Below, one piece after another: positions 1-7,844 of a stretch of 64,000 nucleotides of DNA. How positions within the stretch are numbered: the first letter of the stretch is position 1; the number at the start of each line of letters is the position of its first letter. The DNA lies in contig JBBDJR010000006.1 of NCBI GenBank assembly GCA_040879785.1, positions 192,410 to 256,409 on the forward strand. Direction: 5' to 3'. The notes below the pieces were generated by a model. That model worked only from the letters and a program-made list of their open reading frames with translations. It was not told where the DNA came from and searched no databases. The position numbers and the translations under genes are program-made. Source of the DNA: Candidatus Pacearchaeota archaeon (GTDB taxonomy: Archaea; Nanobdellota; Nanobdellia; Pacearchaeales; GW2011-AR1).

Positions 1-52
1 AGAAATACAAGCAACAGCAAAACCGTCGTAAATTCAACCATTTTATGATAAT

Positions 53-361
53 TTAACCTCTAAGAAAATTGTGTTTTTTGTAAAGGGCTTCAATCTTCTG
101 GTTGATTTCCTTATCTAAGTCCAAGTTGCAAGAGTTAGCCAGAATAATGGCCTCCAAAATTACATCAACAATTTCCTCTTTAAGATTATCTTCATCAAAT
201 TTTTCAGGACGAATTTTTTTGTTAGAAAGCTGTCTAGCCACCTCTCCAAGTTCTTCAGTTAGATGTATGTAGGATAATTCGGAGGTTAAATCAAACTTTT
301 TTGCTGATGCCCTTTTTCTTGCAAAGTCCACGATTTGTTTTTCTATTTCTTTTATATCCAT
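53..361 (-). CDS. MazG-like nucleotide pyrophosphohydrolase (small all-alpha NTP-PPase)
   Basis: 102-aa ORF. Acidic helix motifs TEELGEVARQL and EEIVDVILEAI fit the metal-binding pattern of MazG-type NTP-PPases. Confidence 0.55.
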   Translation of the reverse strand: MDIKEIEKQIVDFARKRASAKKFDLTSELSYIHLTEELGEVARQLSNKKIRPEKFDEDNLKEEIVDVILEAIILANSCNLDLDKEINQKIEALYKKHNFLRG

Positions 362-383
362 ATCATTAAACTAATTACCATTT

Positions 384-1334
384 TTAATTAGATTTTTCCA
401 GCTCGGCAATAATCTCGTCAGGATTAACATCATTAACACTCTCAGTAACAATCTCCATATTATTAAAATAATTATTCAACCTAACGTTTCCTGAAAAAAC
501 CATTTCCTTCCCAAGCAAGCCCTGTTTCTGAGATAAAAGTTTTTCCGGATCCTCTAAATTTGTAAGTCCCGCATCCCTAATAACCTCGTGGAACAGAACG
601 GCGCGTGTAGAATCGCTTCCATCATCAAGAACCAGTGTCATAACCGCTCTTTTCTCCGGAGCAACTTTCCCATGAGTCTTGCAAACAGAAGAATCCCCTT
701 CTTTCTCAACTTTCTTCCCGCACTCGGAACAAACCTCAAAAAACCTTGGCTCAAAAACCTGGACAATAAACGCCCTCACACTCGCACTCTCTCCTTTAGC
801 CAAATCAGATATTTTCTTTTCCTTAAACGTCTTTTCCGTTTTAATCTCATCGAAAGTCGCCTCGCTTGGCCTTACCTCCGAAAAACTCCCGAGATGCAAT
901 TCCTCTTCTCTCATGGAGCCGTTTGAAATCTCTACAGAAGTTCCTTCTTTTATTTTCCCTTCTTCAATAAGCTTTATCAGATTCGTATCCCACAAAACAA
1001 CTTTAATATTCGATGACTCGTCCGCTATCCAAAAATTAACTACTTTGGATTCATCTCCTTTTTTCGTCGTAAATGTCCTAACAGGAAACATCCTAAAAAC
1101 TTTCCCGACCGTATTGACTTTTCTCATACCTGGAAGAAGCTCGTCAATTTTCAATTTCTCGTTATCAAAAGAAATTCCCAACTCCGAAGCAACAATCTGG
1201 GCCGCGCCCTCTTTGCTAATAAATCCTGAAAGCTTGGCCTTCTTGCCCTCTATTTTCTCTTCAATATCCGAAACAGTATTCCCTGATGTCTCAGCAATCT
1301 TTTCAACGATTCTCTGGTAGTTATCCTTAGTCAT
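384..1334 (-). CDS. Replication protein A-like ssDNA-binding protein (OB folds plus zinc ribbon)
   Basis: The track ORF 384..1340 begins at TTG; the first ATG is at 1334. It has OB-fold-like repeats and a Cys/His zinc ribbon (CSECGKKV...CKTHGK), with an N-terminal helical domain as in archaeal RPA. Confidence 0.7.
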   Translation of the reverse strand: MTKDNYQRIVEKIAETSGNTVSDIEEKIEGKKAKLSGFISKEGAAQIVASELGISFDNEKLKIDELLPGMRKVNTVGKVFRMFPVRTFTTKKGDESKVVNFWIADESSNIKVVLWDTNLIKLIEEGKIKEGTSVEISNGSMREEELHLGSFSEVRPSEATFDEIKTEKTFKEKKISDLAKGESASVRAFIVQVFEPRFFEVCSECGKKVEKEGDSSVCKTHGKVAPEKRAVMTLVLDDGSDSTRAVLFHEVIRDAGLTNLEDPEKLLSQKQGLLGKEMVFSGNVRLNNYFNNMEIVTESVNDVNPDEIIAELEKSN

Positions 1335-1399
1335 TACCAAAAGAAATCCCTGTTCTTTTTAAGTATTATGATGGAGAAATAACTATAGGGATAATCACC

Positions 1400-1410
1400 A
1401 AATTTATAAA
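1400..1410 (+). promoter_or_regulatory. TATA box of the aEF-1beta gene
   Basis: aaatttataaa is centred about 27 nt upstream of ATG 1432, which is leaderless-type spacing. Confidence 0.5.
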
Positions 1411-1431
1411 CTCATTTAATTAGATTTTCTC

Positions 1432-1704
1432 ATGGGAACCGTACTAATAAAAATAAAAATGATGCCGGCCTCTCCAGAGACAAATCTTGAAGAGATAGAA
1501 AAAAAAGTGAAGGAAAAACTAGAAAAAGAAGAAGCCAACAACATTTCTTTTGAAATCCAGCCAATCGCATTTGGACTGAAGGCATTAATTGTTGGTTTTG
1601 CCTGGCCCGAAGAAAAAGAATTGGAATCCTTTCAAGAAACTCTGGAAAAGATTGAAAACGTAAACTCTGTAGAAGTGATTGATATGAGAAGGGCAATAGG
1701 ATAA
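1432..1704 (+). CDS. ef1b: Translation elongation factor aEF-1 beta
   Basis: 90 aa, with the typical archaeal EF-1beta length and pattern (VLIKIKMMPASPETNLEEI...QPIAFGLKAL...VEVIDMRR). Confidence 0.8.
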   Translation: MGTVLIKIKMMPASPETNLEEIEKKVKEKLEKEEANNISFEIQPIAFGLKALIVGFAWPEEKELESFQETLEKIENVNSVEVIDMRRAIG

Positions 1705-1758
1705 ATCTAATCCTCTCAAAACCAACAAACTTATTAAATAAATTCTCCTACTAATTCT

Positions 1759-2406
1759 ATGACACTAACTCCCGAACAAACAGAAGCAATAAAAGAACAA
1801 CTCGTCCAAAACATAGAAAAGAGTTTTCCAGAAGACAAGAAAGAATTTGCAAAAAGCCAGATTGAGTCTATGGATTCGGAACAACTTGAAGAATTCTTAA
1901 AGAAGAATAACCTCGAGGTCAAATCGGGCCAGTTAACAAGCTCCGGACAAGAAGGAACGAACTGTATTTTTTGTTCAATAGTCTCAGAAGATGTGGAATC
2001 ATACAAAATATCTGAAAACAACGATTCTATCGCCGTCCTTGAGCTAAACCCTCTATCAAAAGGCCACATAATTATAATCCCAAAACTCCACGTACCTTCA
2101 TCAGATGAAATGCCTTCCTCTGCATTCGAATTGTCAAAGAAAGTTTCTAAAAAAATAAAAGAAAAACTAACTCCAAAAAAAGTTGACGTTTCTACATCAA
2201 ATACGTTCGGCCACGAGATAATAAACATTGTTCCAATCTATGACGAAGAAACACCATCAAAAAGGAAACCCGCGAAACCTGAAGAGCTTGAAGAAATGAA
2301 AAAAACTCTTGAAATAAAAGAAGAAACTCCTGTCAAAAAAGAATCTAAACCAGAAAACATCGTGCTCGACTCAAACAACTTCTGGCTCCCAAAAAGAATT
2401 CCTTAA
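1759..2406 (+). CDS. HIT-fold protein with a degenerate histidine triad and N- and C-terminal extensions
   Basis: The core CIFCSIV...SIAVLELNPLSKGHIIIIPKLH matches the HIT fold. The position of the HxHxH triad reads GHEIINIVP. Confidence 0.5.
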   Translation: MTLTPEQTEAIKEQLVQNIEKSFPEDKKEFAKSQIESMDSEQLEEFLKKNNLEVKSGQLTSSGQEGTNCIFCSIVSEDVESYKISENNDSIAVLELNPLSKGHIIIIPKLHVPSSDEMPSSAFELSKKVSKKIKEKLTPKKVDVSTSNTFGHEIINIVPIYDEETPSKRKPAKPEELEEMKKTLEIKEETPVKKESKPENIVLDSNNFWLPKRIP

Positions 2407-2422
2407 GAATCAATAACTTCAA

Positions 2423-2698
2423 TCACAGATACCCTTTTATTTTTTCTTTGTATTCTGGGAAAAATTTCAAAATAACATTTAGATTAAAATTCTTAAGGAT
2501 ACTTCCCTTTGGTTCCCTATCAAGCAAAAACCTAAAGGAAGCCTCCACTAAATCCTCGACAGAACAATCTTCCTTAGATAATTTTTCATAATCGTCACCA
2601 CTCACAAAAACCCCGTGTTCAAACACTTCTCCATCTATTAATTTTACATCACAATCCCATCCGCCGTCCGTTTTCTCACACTTAACTTTTATCTCCAT
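2423..2698 (-). CDS. Hypothetical small protein
   Basis: 91-aa ORF with ATG start in a tight gene context. No recognised motif. Confidence 0.4.
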   Translation of the reverse strand: MEIKVKCEKTDGGWDCDVKLIDGEVFEHGVFVSGDDYEKLSKEDCSVEDLVEASFRFLLDREPKGSILKNFNLNVILKFFPEYKEKIKGYL

Positions 2699-2732
2699 AA
2701 AAAACCTAATAGAATCTAATTGAAAAATTTAA

Positions 2733-3575
2733 CTAAAATAAAGAATTCCACAACCCTGTTTCCCACAAATAAGCAAAAACCAAAAGGCTAATTAAAAAAA
2801 CCGGAGAAAACTGAACGCCATACCTGACAAGAACTTCTTTATGATTTTTCTTTATTTGCTTTATCTCCTCCTCGCTAACTCCGTCCCAATCCGCCTTGAC
2901 CTTCCCTTTTTGAACTTTAACATCTTTGTAAAGCCAATCTCCTTCCGTGAGCTGGCTCGTCTTAATTTTCTTTACCATACATGACTCATCAACTGCCTTT
3001 GTATAAACATATAAATAGGGAATAACAAAAACCAAAACTCCAAAATAAAGTAAAGCAGGCTCGTTAAAACCTAAAACCAAAAAAAGACTTGCAAGCAGGA
3101 TTAGAAGGTATGTCAGTTTTTTATTTTTCTTAAATTGTTTTGAAAACTCTTTTTTAAAAACCTTAAAATTTCTTAATCCTAGATAAACACTTGCAGACAG
3201 ACTATAAACAGCCCCTGCAATTAAAAATACTACAAGAAACACAAAAAACAATTTTACATTTAAATAAAAATTCGCTGTAAAAGGTAAAACAGCTCCAAGC
3301 GCCATCATAAGTTTCGCATCTCCTCCGGCAAAAAATCTCGCATAATAAAGAAGATGGCCTAAAATAACGAAAACCAGCAAACCTAAAAGCCCCTGATAAA
3401 AAAACCCAAAACCTACATCAGAAAAAAGAGAATGAAAAAATCTATAGCCGAGAACAAAAATAACCAAAGAAAAACTAACCCAATTCGCAATCTCCCTCGT
3501 CCTCAAATCCTGAACTACTGCAAACAGCGTCCAGACAATTGCCAATGCAAGCAAGAAATACACCTCTAAACTCAT
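2733..3575 (-). CDS. A24-family prepilin/preflagellin peptidase (PibD/FlaK-like) with a C-terminal soluble extension
   Basis: Polytopic membrane protein with the two aspartyl motifs (VVQDLRTREI and FFAGGDAKLMMALG). It lies adjacent to the pilin-like genes. Confidence 0.7.
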   Translation of the reverse strand: MSLEVYFLLALAIVWTLFAVVQDLRTREIANWVSFSLVIFVLGYRFFHSLFSDVGFGFFYQGLLGLLVFVILGHLLYYARFFAGGDAKLMMALGAVLPFTANFYLNVKLFFVFLVVFLIAGAVYSLSASVYLGLRNFKVFKKEFSKQFKKNKKLTYLLILLASLFLVLGFNEPALLYFGVLVFVIPYLYVYTKAVDESCMVKKIKTSQLTEGDWLYKDVKVQKGKVKADWDGVSEEEIKQIKKNHKEVLVRYGVQFSPVFLISLLVFAYLWETGLWNSLF

Positions 3576-3622
3576 GAAAAGATTTAGTTAAACTAATTTA
3601 TAAAATGTGCTAAAACGAATTA

Positions 3623-3757
3623 TTATTTAGAAGATTTCTTCCGACCCGAACTCTCCCTATTCCTTTCCTTTCCGCCCGTCTTATAAGGATGTCTCTTTTT
3701 TTCTTTCTTCTTGTGTTTTCTCTTCTGTCTTTTCTCAGGAAACCCATAGTCTGACAT
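3623..3757 (-). CDS. Possible 44-aa highly basic mini-protein (not in the ORF track)
   Basis: My translation is MSDYGFPEKRQKRKHKKKEKKRHPYKTGGKERNRESSGRKKSSK. A TATA-like tatttaaata lies about 20-29 nt upstream on the minus strand. Confidence 0.3.
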   Translation of the reverse strand: MSDYGFPEKRQKRKHKKKEKKRHPYKTGGKERNRESSGRKKSSK

Positions 3758-3816
3758 GCAAAAAACAATAATTAGGTATTTAAATAATTTAAGAAAATGA
3801 AAAAGACTTGTCCAGC

Positions 3817-4197
3817 TTATTCCTCGGAGTTTTCTTCCTCATCCACAGAACAGGTTATTTGTGGGCATTCACTTATACCATAGGCACTGTATTCTGGATT
3901 TGTCGCAAATTCCGAACAAGTCTCCGTCGCTACCTCTTCTCCCCCAGCTCTTAGAGTTCTCTCTTGTGAACAGAATGCGAATTTGTTTCCAAAATCACAT
4001 TCAATCTGACATTGTTGAACAATTGTATCAACATTATCCTGTTGTATCCAGGGCAACAAGGTTTGCCATCCAAAAAAGAAACCTATTGCAAGAATTGCAA
4101 GAACAATAACTCCGAGAATAATTAGAACAATTGCATTTGTACTCAAACCCTGTCCTTTTTTATCAGATAAAAAAACGTTTCCTCTTTTATTATGCAT
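3817..4197 (-). CDS. Type IV pilin-like protein (class III signal peptide)
   Basis: Basic N-terminus, then KKGQG followed by a roughly 22-residue hydrophobic helix (LSTNAIVLIILGVIVLAILAIGFFF). The globular part contains Cys. Confidence 0.55.
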   Translation of the reverse strand: MHNKRGNVFLSDKKGQGLSTNAIVLIILGVIVLAILAIGFFFGWQTLLPWIQQDNVDTIVQQCQIECDFGNKFAFCSQERTLRAGGEEVATETCSEFATNPEYSAYGISECPQITCSVDEEENSEE

Positions 4198-4273
4198 ACA
4201 AGTTATAGGGTTATTTTGTTTAAAAATGTTTTTATTCGGCTTCGCAAACTAATCTATGACATGAAAGAAACAA

Positions 4274-4582
4274 TCAGTCAGATAAAATATACCTGACAAC
4301 TATCCCTTCTCCTTCAATATGAATATGCCTTCTTCCGGCACCGTCCACTTCAATCGGAGAAATCTCATCTATTTCCTCCTCGCTAAAACCAAGTTCCCTG
4401 TACAAAGAGATTTTTTCCTTCTCAACAACCGAAGCGGACACGAGCTCGGTCAGTTTTAAACCCTCGGCGACGTCACTAGTTGAAAGATAAAAACTAAAAA
4501 TCACCAGTCCGCAAACTGCAAGAACTCCGATTACAAAAATCGTTATTGGCATATCTCCGCGTTTATTTTTTATTTTTATCAT
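4274..4582 (-). CDS. Type IV pilin-like small protein
   Basis: MIKIKNKRGD followed by a hydrophobic helix (MPITIFVIGVLAVCGLVIFSF). Confidence 0.5.
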   Translation of the reverse strand: MIKIKNKRGDMPITIFVIGVLAVCGLVIFSFYLSTSDVAEGLKLTELVSASVVEKEKISLYRELGFSEEEIDEISPIEVDGAGRRHIHIEGEGIVVRYILSD

Positions 4583-4590
4583 TTTATTTA

Positions 4591-5115
4591 TTATTCAATT
4601 TTATCTAAAATCAGTTCGACAATGTTCTCTTCATCTAAATAAACCTCTTCCGTGATAACTTGAATTACACCTACTCCAAAAAAACCTCTCCTCAATCCAA
4701 ATCCCTCTACTGCACTCGGCCTAAAACCAAAATAATCATTTGAGGGATCAATAATAATTCTTGTAGGGGCAACACCAAACCAAACACGCTCGTATTCCTC
4801 GCTATAAAAATCATCAAAAACATCAAGAGCAAGTTCTCCACTAAAATTATTTAAATTTTCTTCCTCTTTCATCTGCTCATAAACATTTACACCCTCATCA
4901 TTCTCCGTCAGCAAATACGAAAATAAAGACTTTGAAGCAAGCGGGTCGACGATATTCCTGGAACCTATCTCCTTACTTCCCTGCGGACCGAGAGTTGTAA
5001 TAAAAATAGATGCAAGCAAAATTATTATAATCGCGATTGTCGCTACTATCCACGTGACCGTTTTTCCCACCTGGGCTTTCTTTCCAATATCGTAAAAACT
5101 TTTTTTAATGAACAT
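4591..5115 (-). CDS. Pilin-like / pilus-associated protein with an N-terminal TM helix
   Basis: Basic N-terminus then TVTWIVATIAIIIILLASIFITT. Its start overlaps the upstream gene by 11 nt. Confidence 0.45.
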   Translation of the reverse strand: MFIKKSFYDIGKKAQVGKTVTWIVATIAIIIILLASIFITTLGPQGSKEIGSRNIVDPLASKSLFSYLLTENDEGVNVYEQMKEEENLNNFSGELALDVFDDFYSEEYERVWFGVAPTRIIIDPSNDYFGFRPSAVEGFGLRRGFFGVGVIQVITEEVYLDEENIVELILDKIE

Positions 5116-5623
5116 TTTTCTCCGTTTTTCTCACAATTGAGATTATGTTTACTTGAAACCGGTTTCCTTCTTCGTCCAATGAATAAAAGCTCCTTTCAAT
5201 ACAAACCGGAAGAGTCTTTCCCTCTTCTCCGCAAAAGTCTCTTAGATTTGCATCCCCTTCCTGAACCGAAAGAATATTTTCTCCTGAATCAAAATCCGAA
5301 ACGGCTGCGGCGACATAATACTGTTCTCGTTCTCTCCAATTGTAAGTATCCTCAACGTTAAATGTAATTCTGCACTCAGACAAAAAATTCTCCTGAAATT
5401 CTCCCTCAAAAATATCTTCTCTTAGATAATTATCTTCGGTCACGCAATTTGCAACTCTGTTAGCCAACGCACTTGCCTCAGCTTCCCTGATATCATACGG
5501 CTCTCCGTAAAAAGAAATAACCATAAAAGAAACGGCTGCGGCGACTATGAAAAGTATTGCAAACCAATAAACCGAAATCAGCTTATCTCCTTTCTTGTTT
5601 TTTATGTAAATATTTCTTTTCAT
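5105..5623 (-). CDS. Type IV pilin-like protein
   Basis: MKRNIYIKNKKGD followed by a hydrophobic helix (KLISVYWFAILFIVAAAVSFMVISF). There is an ATGA-type overlap with the upstream gene. Confidence 0.5.
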   Translation of the reverse strand: MKRNIYIKNKKGDKLISVYWFAILFIVAAAVSFMVISFYGEPYDIREAEASALANRVANCVTEDNYLREDIFEGEFQENFLSECRITFNVEDTYNWREREQYYVAAAVSDFDSGENILSVQEGDANLRDFCGEEGKTLPVCIERSFYSLDEEGNRFQVNIISIVRKTEKNVH

Positions 5624-6030
5624 TTTTTATCAATATGTATTACATACTCCTTATTTGTATTAGTATCCAAATTAACAGTTACATTAACATCATTAAAAAA
5701 AGAATAGCTATAACCTCCGTCTTCCCTAAGCTGAACCGTGACAACATTATCTCTAACCATGACAACCTCATCAAGATTCCTGTTTTCATCTTCGGCAATT
5801 TCTATCGCATCTTCCATATCAAGAGAAACGATTGTGTAAGGCTCCGCAGAATCAACGATAAGTGCAATTTGTTTTGCATGCTTTTCCTCTAAAACTGCCG
5901 CCCCGCCCATTTTTGAAAAAACAAATAAAACAAGTATTGAAATAAAAACAATATTAAGAATAAGAAAAATTATATTCTCGGTTAATATATTTCCCTTCTT
6001 ATTAGATTTAATCTTCCTTAATTTTTTCAT
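5620..6030 (-). CDS. Type IV pilin-like protein
   Basis: MKKLRKIKSNKKGN followed by ILTENIIFLILNIVFISILVLFVF. Confidence 0.5.
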   Translation of the reverse strand: MKKLRKIKSNKKGNILTENIIFLILNIVFISILVLFVFSKMGGAAVLEEKHAKQIALIVDSAEPYTIVSLDMEDAIEIAEDENRNLDEVVMVRDNVVTVQLREDGGYSYSFFNDVNVTVNLDTNTNKEYVIHIDKK

Positions 6031-6036
6031 TTTATT

Positions 6037-6825
6037 TTAAGCTTTTGTTATGAACTTCCTGGGAGTTGAAAGCCTTTCAGAAGTTTCCGAAGTAGGAATC
6101 ATGTAAACCTTTAAGATTAAATCCGGGTTGATAGATTCTTTTGTTCCTGCTCTGTTATCAATTCCTGTAATTATGGAGTATCTCCGGGAGGTGTCAATAG
6201 ATTCTGAAAAACTGAAATCGACCATTTCTTCCTCATCGATTCCTTCAATTACATTCGTGCCATAAATATACTGTAAATATGTTTGCGAGCCGGATTTTGA
6301 AGTAGTTCTCAGATAATCATAAAAATCAGAGTAGGAAATACCGGGGACATTTCCTTGGATATTATCGTCAAAAGAAACAATTGAGCAGATTGCATATTCT
6401 GTATTTCTCCCGACTACATCACTCTCTCCATAATTTACTTCTCCCTCACCAAACATCCACCAGCAATCTGCCATCTCTTCAGCAAGCACACTCATTACTT
6501 CTTCCTTCAACCCTTCGCCGACCGAAACATCTGCTGTAGAAGTTTCTGTTATGCTTTCACACTCTCCTCCTGCCGAAACACACAGATAATCCGTCCTGCA
6601 ATCTAAAGGTCCTCCGAACAATGAACCTTTCTCCTGAAGAAGAACCGAGTTATGACAGATTTCTTTATTATTTGTCTCGCCAAGATTCAGTCTAAAAAAC
6701 AAAAAGAGAATTATGACAAAACTCGCTATAAGAACTATTATTGTAATCAGCTGTTTTGTGGTCAGCTCCCCTTTTTTACTTCTAAAAAGATTTCTTATCT
6801 CTTCCTCTTTTTTTAATAAAACCAT
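6037..6825 (-). CDS. Pilin-like protein with a larger Cys-containing globular domain
   Basis: SKKGELTTKQLITIIVLIASFVIILFLFF at the N-terminus. 262 aa. Confidence 0.5.
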   Translation of the reverse strand: MVLLKKEEEIRNLFRSKKGELTTKQLITIIVLIASFVIILFLFFRLNLGETNNKEICHNSVLLQEKGSLFGGPLDCRTDYLCVSAGGECESITETSTADVSVGEGLKEEVMSVLAEEMADCWWMFGEGEVNYGESDVVGRNTEYAICSIVSFDDNIQGNVPGISYSDFYDYLRTTSKSGSQTYLQYIYGTNVIEGIDEEEMVDFSFSESIDTSRRYSIITGIDNRAGTKESINPDLILKVYMIPTSETSERLSTPRKFITKA

Positions 6826-6873
6826 ATATAACTAAATACAAACTAAATTATAAAGTTAACTAAATTATTTCGA

Positions 6874-6978
6874 TTACCCTAAAATACCCAGACTCCTGAC
6901 AAGAAAATAAATTCCTGTAAGCGCTATCGCAAAAAATGCTATCCAGACCATGTATTTTACAAGCTCCTCAAGACTCAT
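6874..6978 (-). CDS. Possible 34-aa single-TM mini-protein (not in the ORF track)
   Basis: My translation is MSLEELVKYMVWIAFFAIALTGIYFLVRSLGILG. The ATG overlaps the last 11 nt of the upstream pilin-like gene. Confidence 0.3.
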   Translation of the reverse strand: MSLEELVKYMVWIAFFAIALTGIYFLVRSLGILG

Positions 6979-7486
6979 TTTCCCTCCTGATTACCTCATT
7001 CTCATAATCTATCTCAAGAACTATCGGGGCATCACGTATTTTAATCGGCCCGTTAGTGGAAAAATCTGAAGGATTTTCTCTGCACGCACCTTCGTTTGAA
7101 TTTCCTTTAAGTTTCTCAATTCTTCCATCAGCTAAAGGAACAGAATCCCTCCATTCTCCAGCATCCTCGACAATGCAAATACAATTCTCCCATCCAACAT
7201 TTGAACACGCGTCAGGAACCATCCCTTCATAAGGCCACGAAACAACAACCCATCCTTCAGGATTAAAGATTTCTACATCTTCTACTTCAGCATTAATCCC
7301 TTCAAGCAAAAAATCAACAGACTCTTCCGCAAACTCAAGATCCTGAGAAGATTTGCCCGCATTATATAACGAAAAAAGCAGGAAAGCAAGAAACCCGATA
7401 GCAATCACTGAAAGAATCATCTTTAGAGTTTCTTCTGCAAGCAAAAACCCTTTTCTATCAATTAACATTTTATTTTGATTTATCAT
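6968..7486 (-). CDS. Type IV pilin-like protein
   Basis: MINQNKMLIDRKG followed by FLLAEETLKMILSVIAIGFLAFLLF. The globular part contains Cys. Confidence 0.5.
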   Translation of the reverse strand: MINQNKMLIDRKGFLLAEETLKMILSVIAIGFLAFLLFSLYNAGKSSQDLEFAEESVDFLLEGINAEVEDVEIFNPEGWVVVSWPYEGMVPDACSNVGWENCICIVEDAGEWRDSVPLADGRIEKLKGNSNEGACRENPSDFSTNGPIKIRDAPIVLEIDYENEVIRRENES

Positions 7487-7641
7487 TTCACCATTGCCAA
7501 AAAAACATTCGCAGTTTCATTTCCAACTTTAAAAAATTCAATAACATGGTCTCTAAAAAAAGTATAAACTCCAAAAATCACAACTCCGACCACAAGAACA
7601 CCTATTATTATTTTTATCAGATTTGATATCGTTAATTCCAT
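7483..7641 (-). CDS. Possible 52-aa single-TM mini-protein (not in the ORF track)
   Basis: My translation is MELTISNLIKIIIGVLVVGVVIFGVYTFFRDHVIEFFKVGNETANVFLAMVK. Its stop overlaps the ATG of the downstream gene (ATGA). Confidence 0.35.
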   Translation of the reverse strand: MELTISNLIKIIIGVLVVGVVIFGVYTFFRDHVIEFFKVGNETANVFLAMVK

Positions 7642-7642
7642 C

Positions 7643-7807
7643 TTACCTTAAAATGTCTCCTACTTTATCAATCAGTGAAACCCCTCTCTCCCTAAGGATG
7701 AAAATTGTAATCATTAAAATCGCCAAAACAGCCACAGCAATCAAAATCCACGGGAGATAATCTGCAATGATTCCTCTTTTACTTTTCTTCAAAACACCTC
7801 TTATCAT
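7643..7807 (-). CDS. Possible 54-aa pilin-like mini-protein (not in the ORF track)
   Basis: My translation is MIRGVLKKSKRGIIADYLPWILIAVAVLAILMITIFILRERGVSLIDKVGDILR, with KRG followed by a hydrophobic helix. Confidence 0.35.
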   Translation of the reverse strand: MIRGVLKKSKRGIIADYLPWILIAVAVLAILMITIFILRERGVSLIDKVGDILR

Positions 7808-7844
7808 AATTAAAAAAGAAGAAAGGAATTAATAAAGTTAACTC

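Noticed and set aside
588-1320. Plus-strand ORFs 588..926 and 679..1320 overlapping the RPA gene
   Set aside because: They are Ser/Phe/Leu-rich antisense shadows of a well-supported minus-strand gene. They have no motifs and no promoter.
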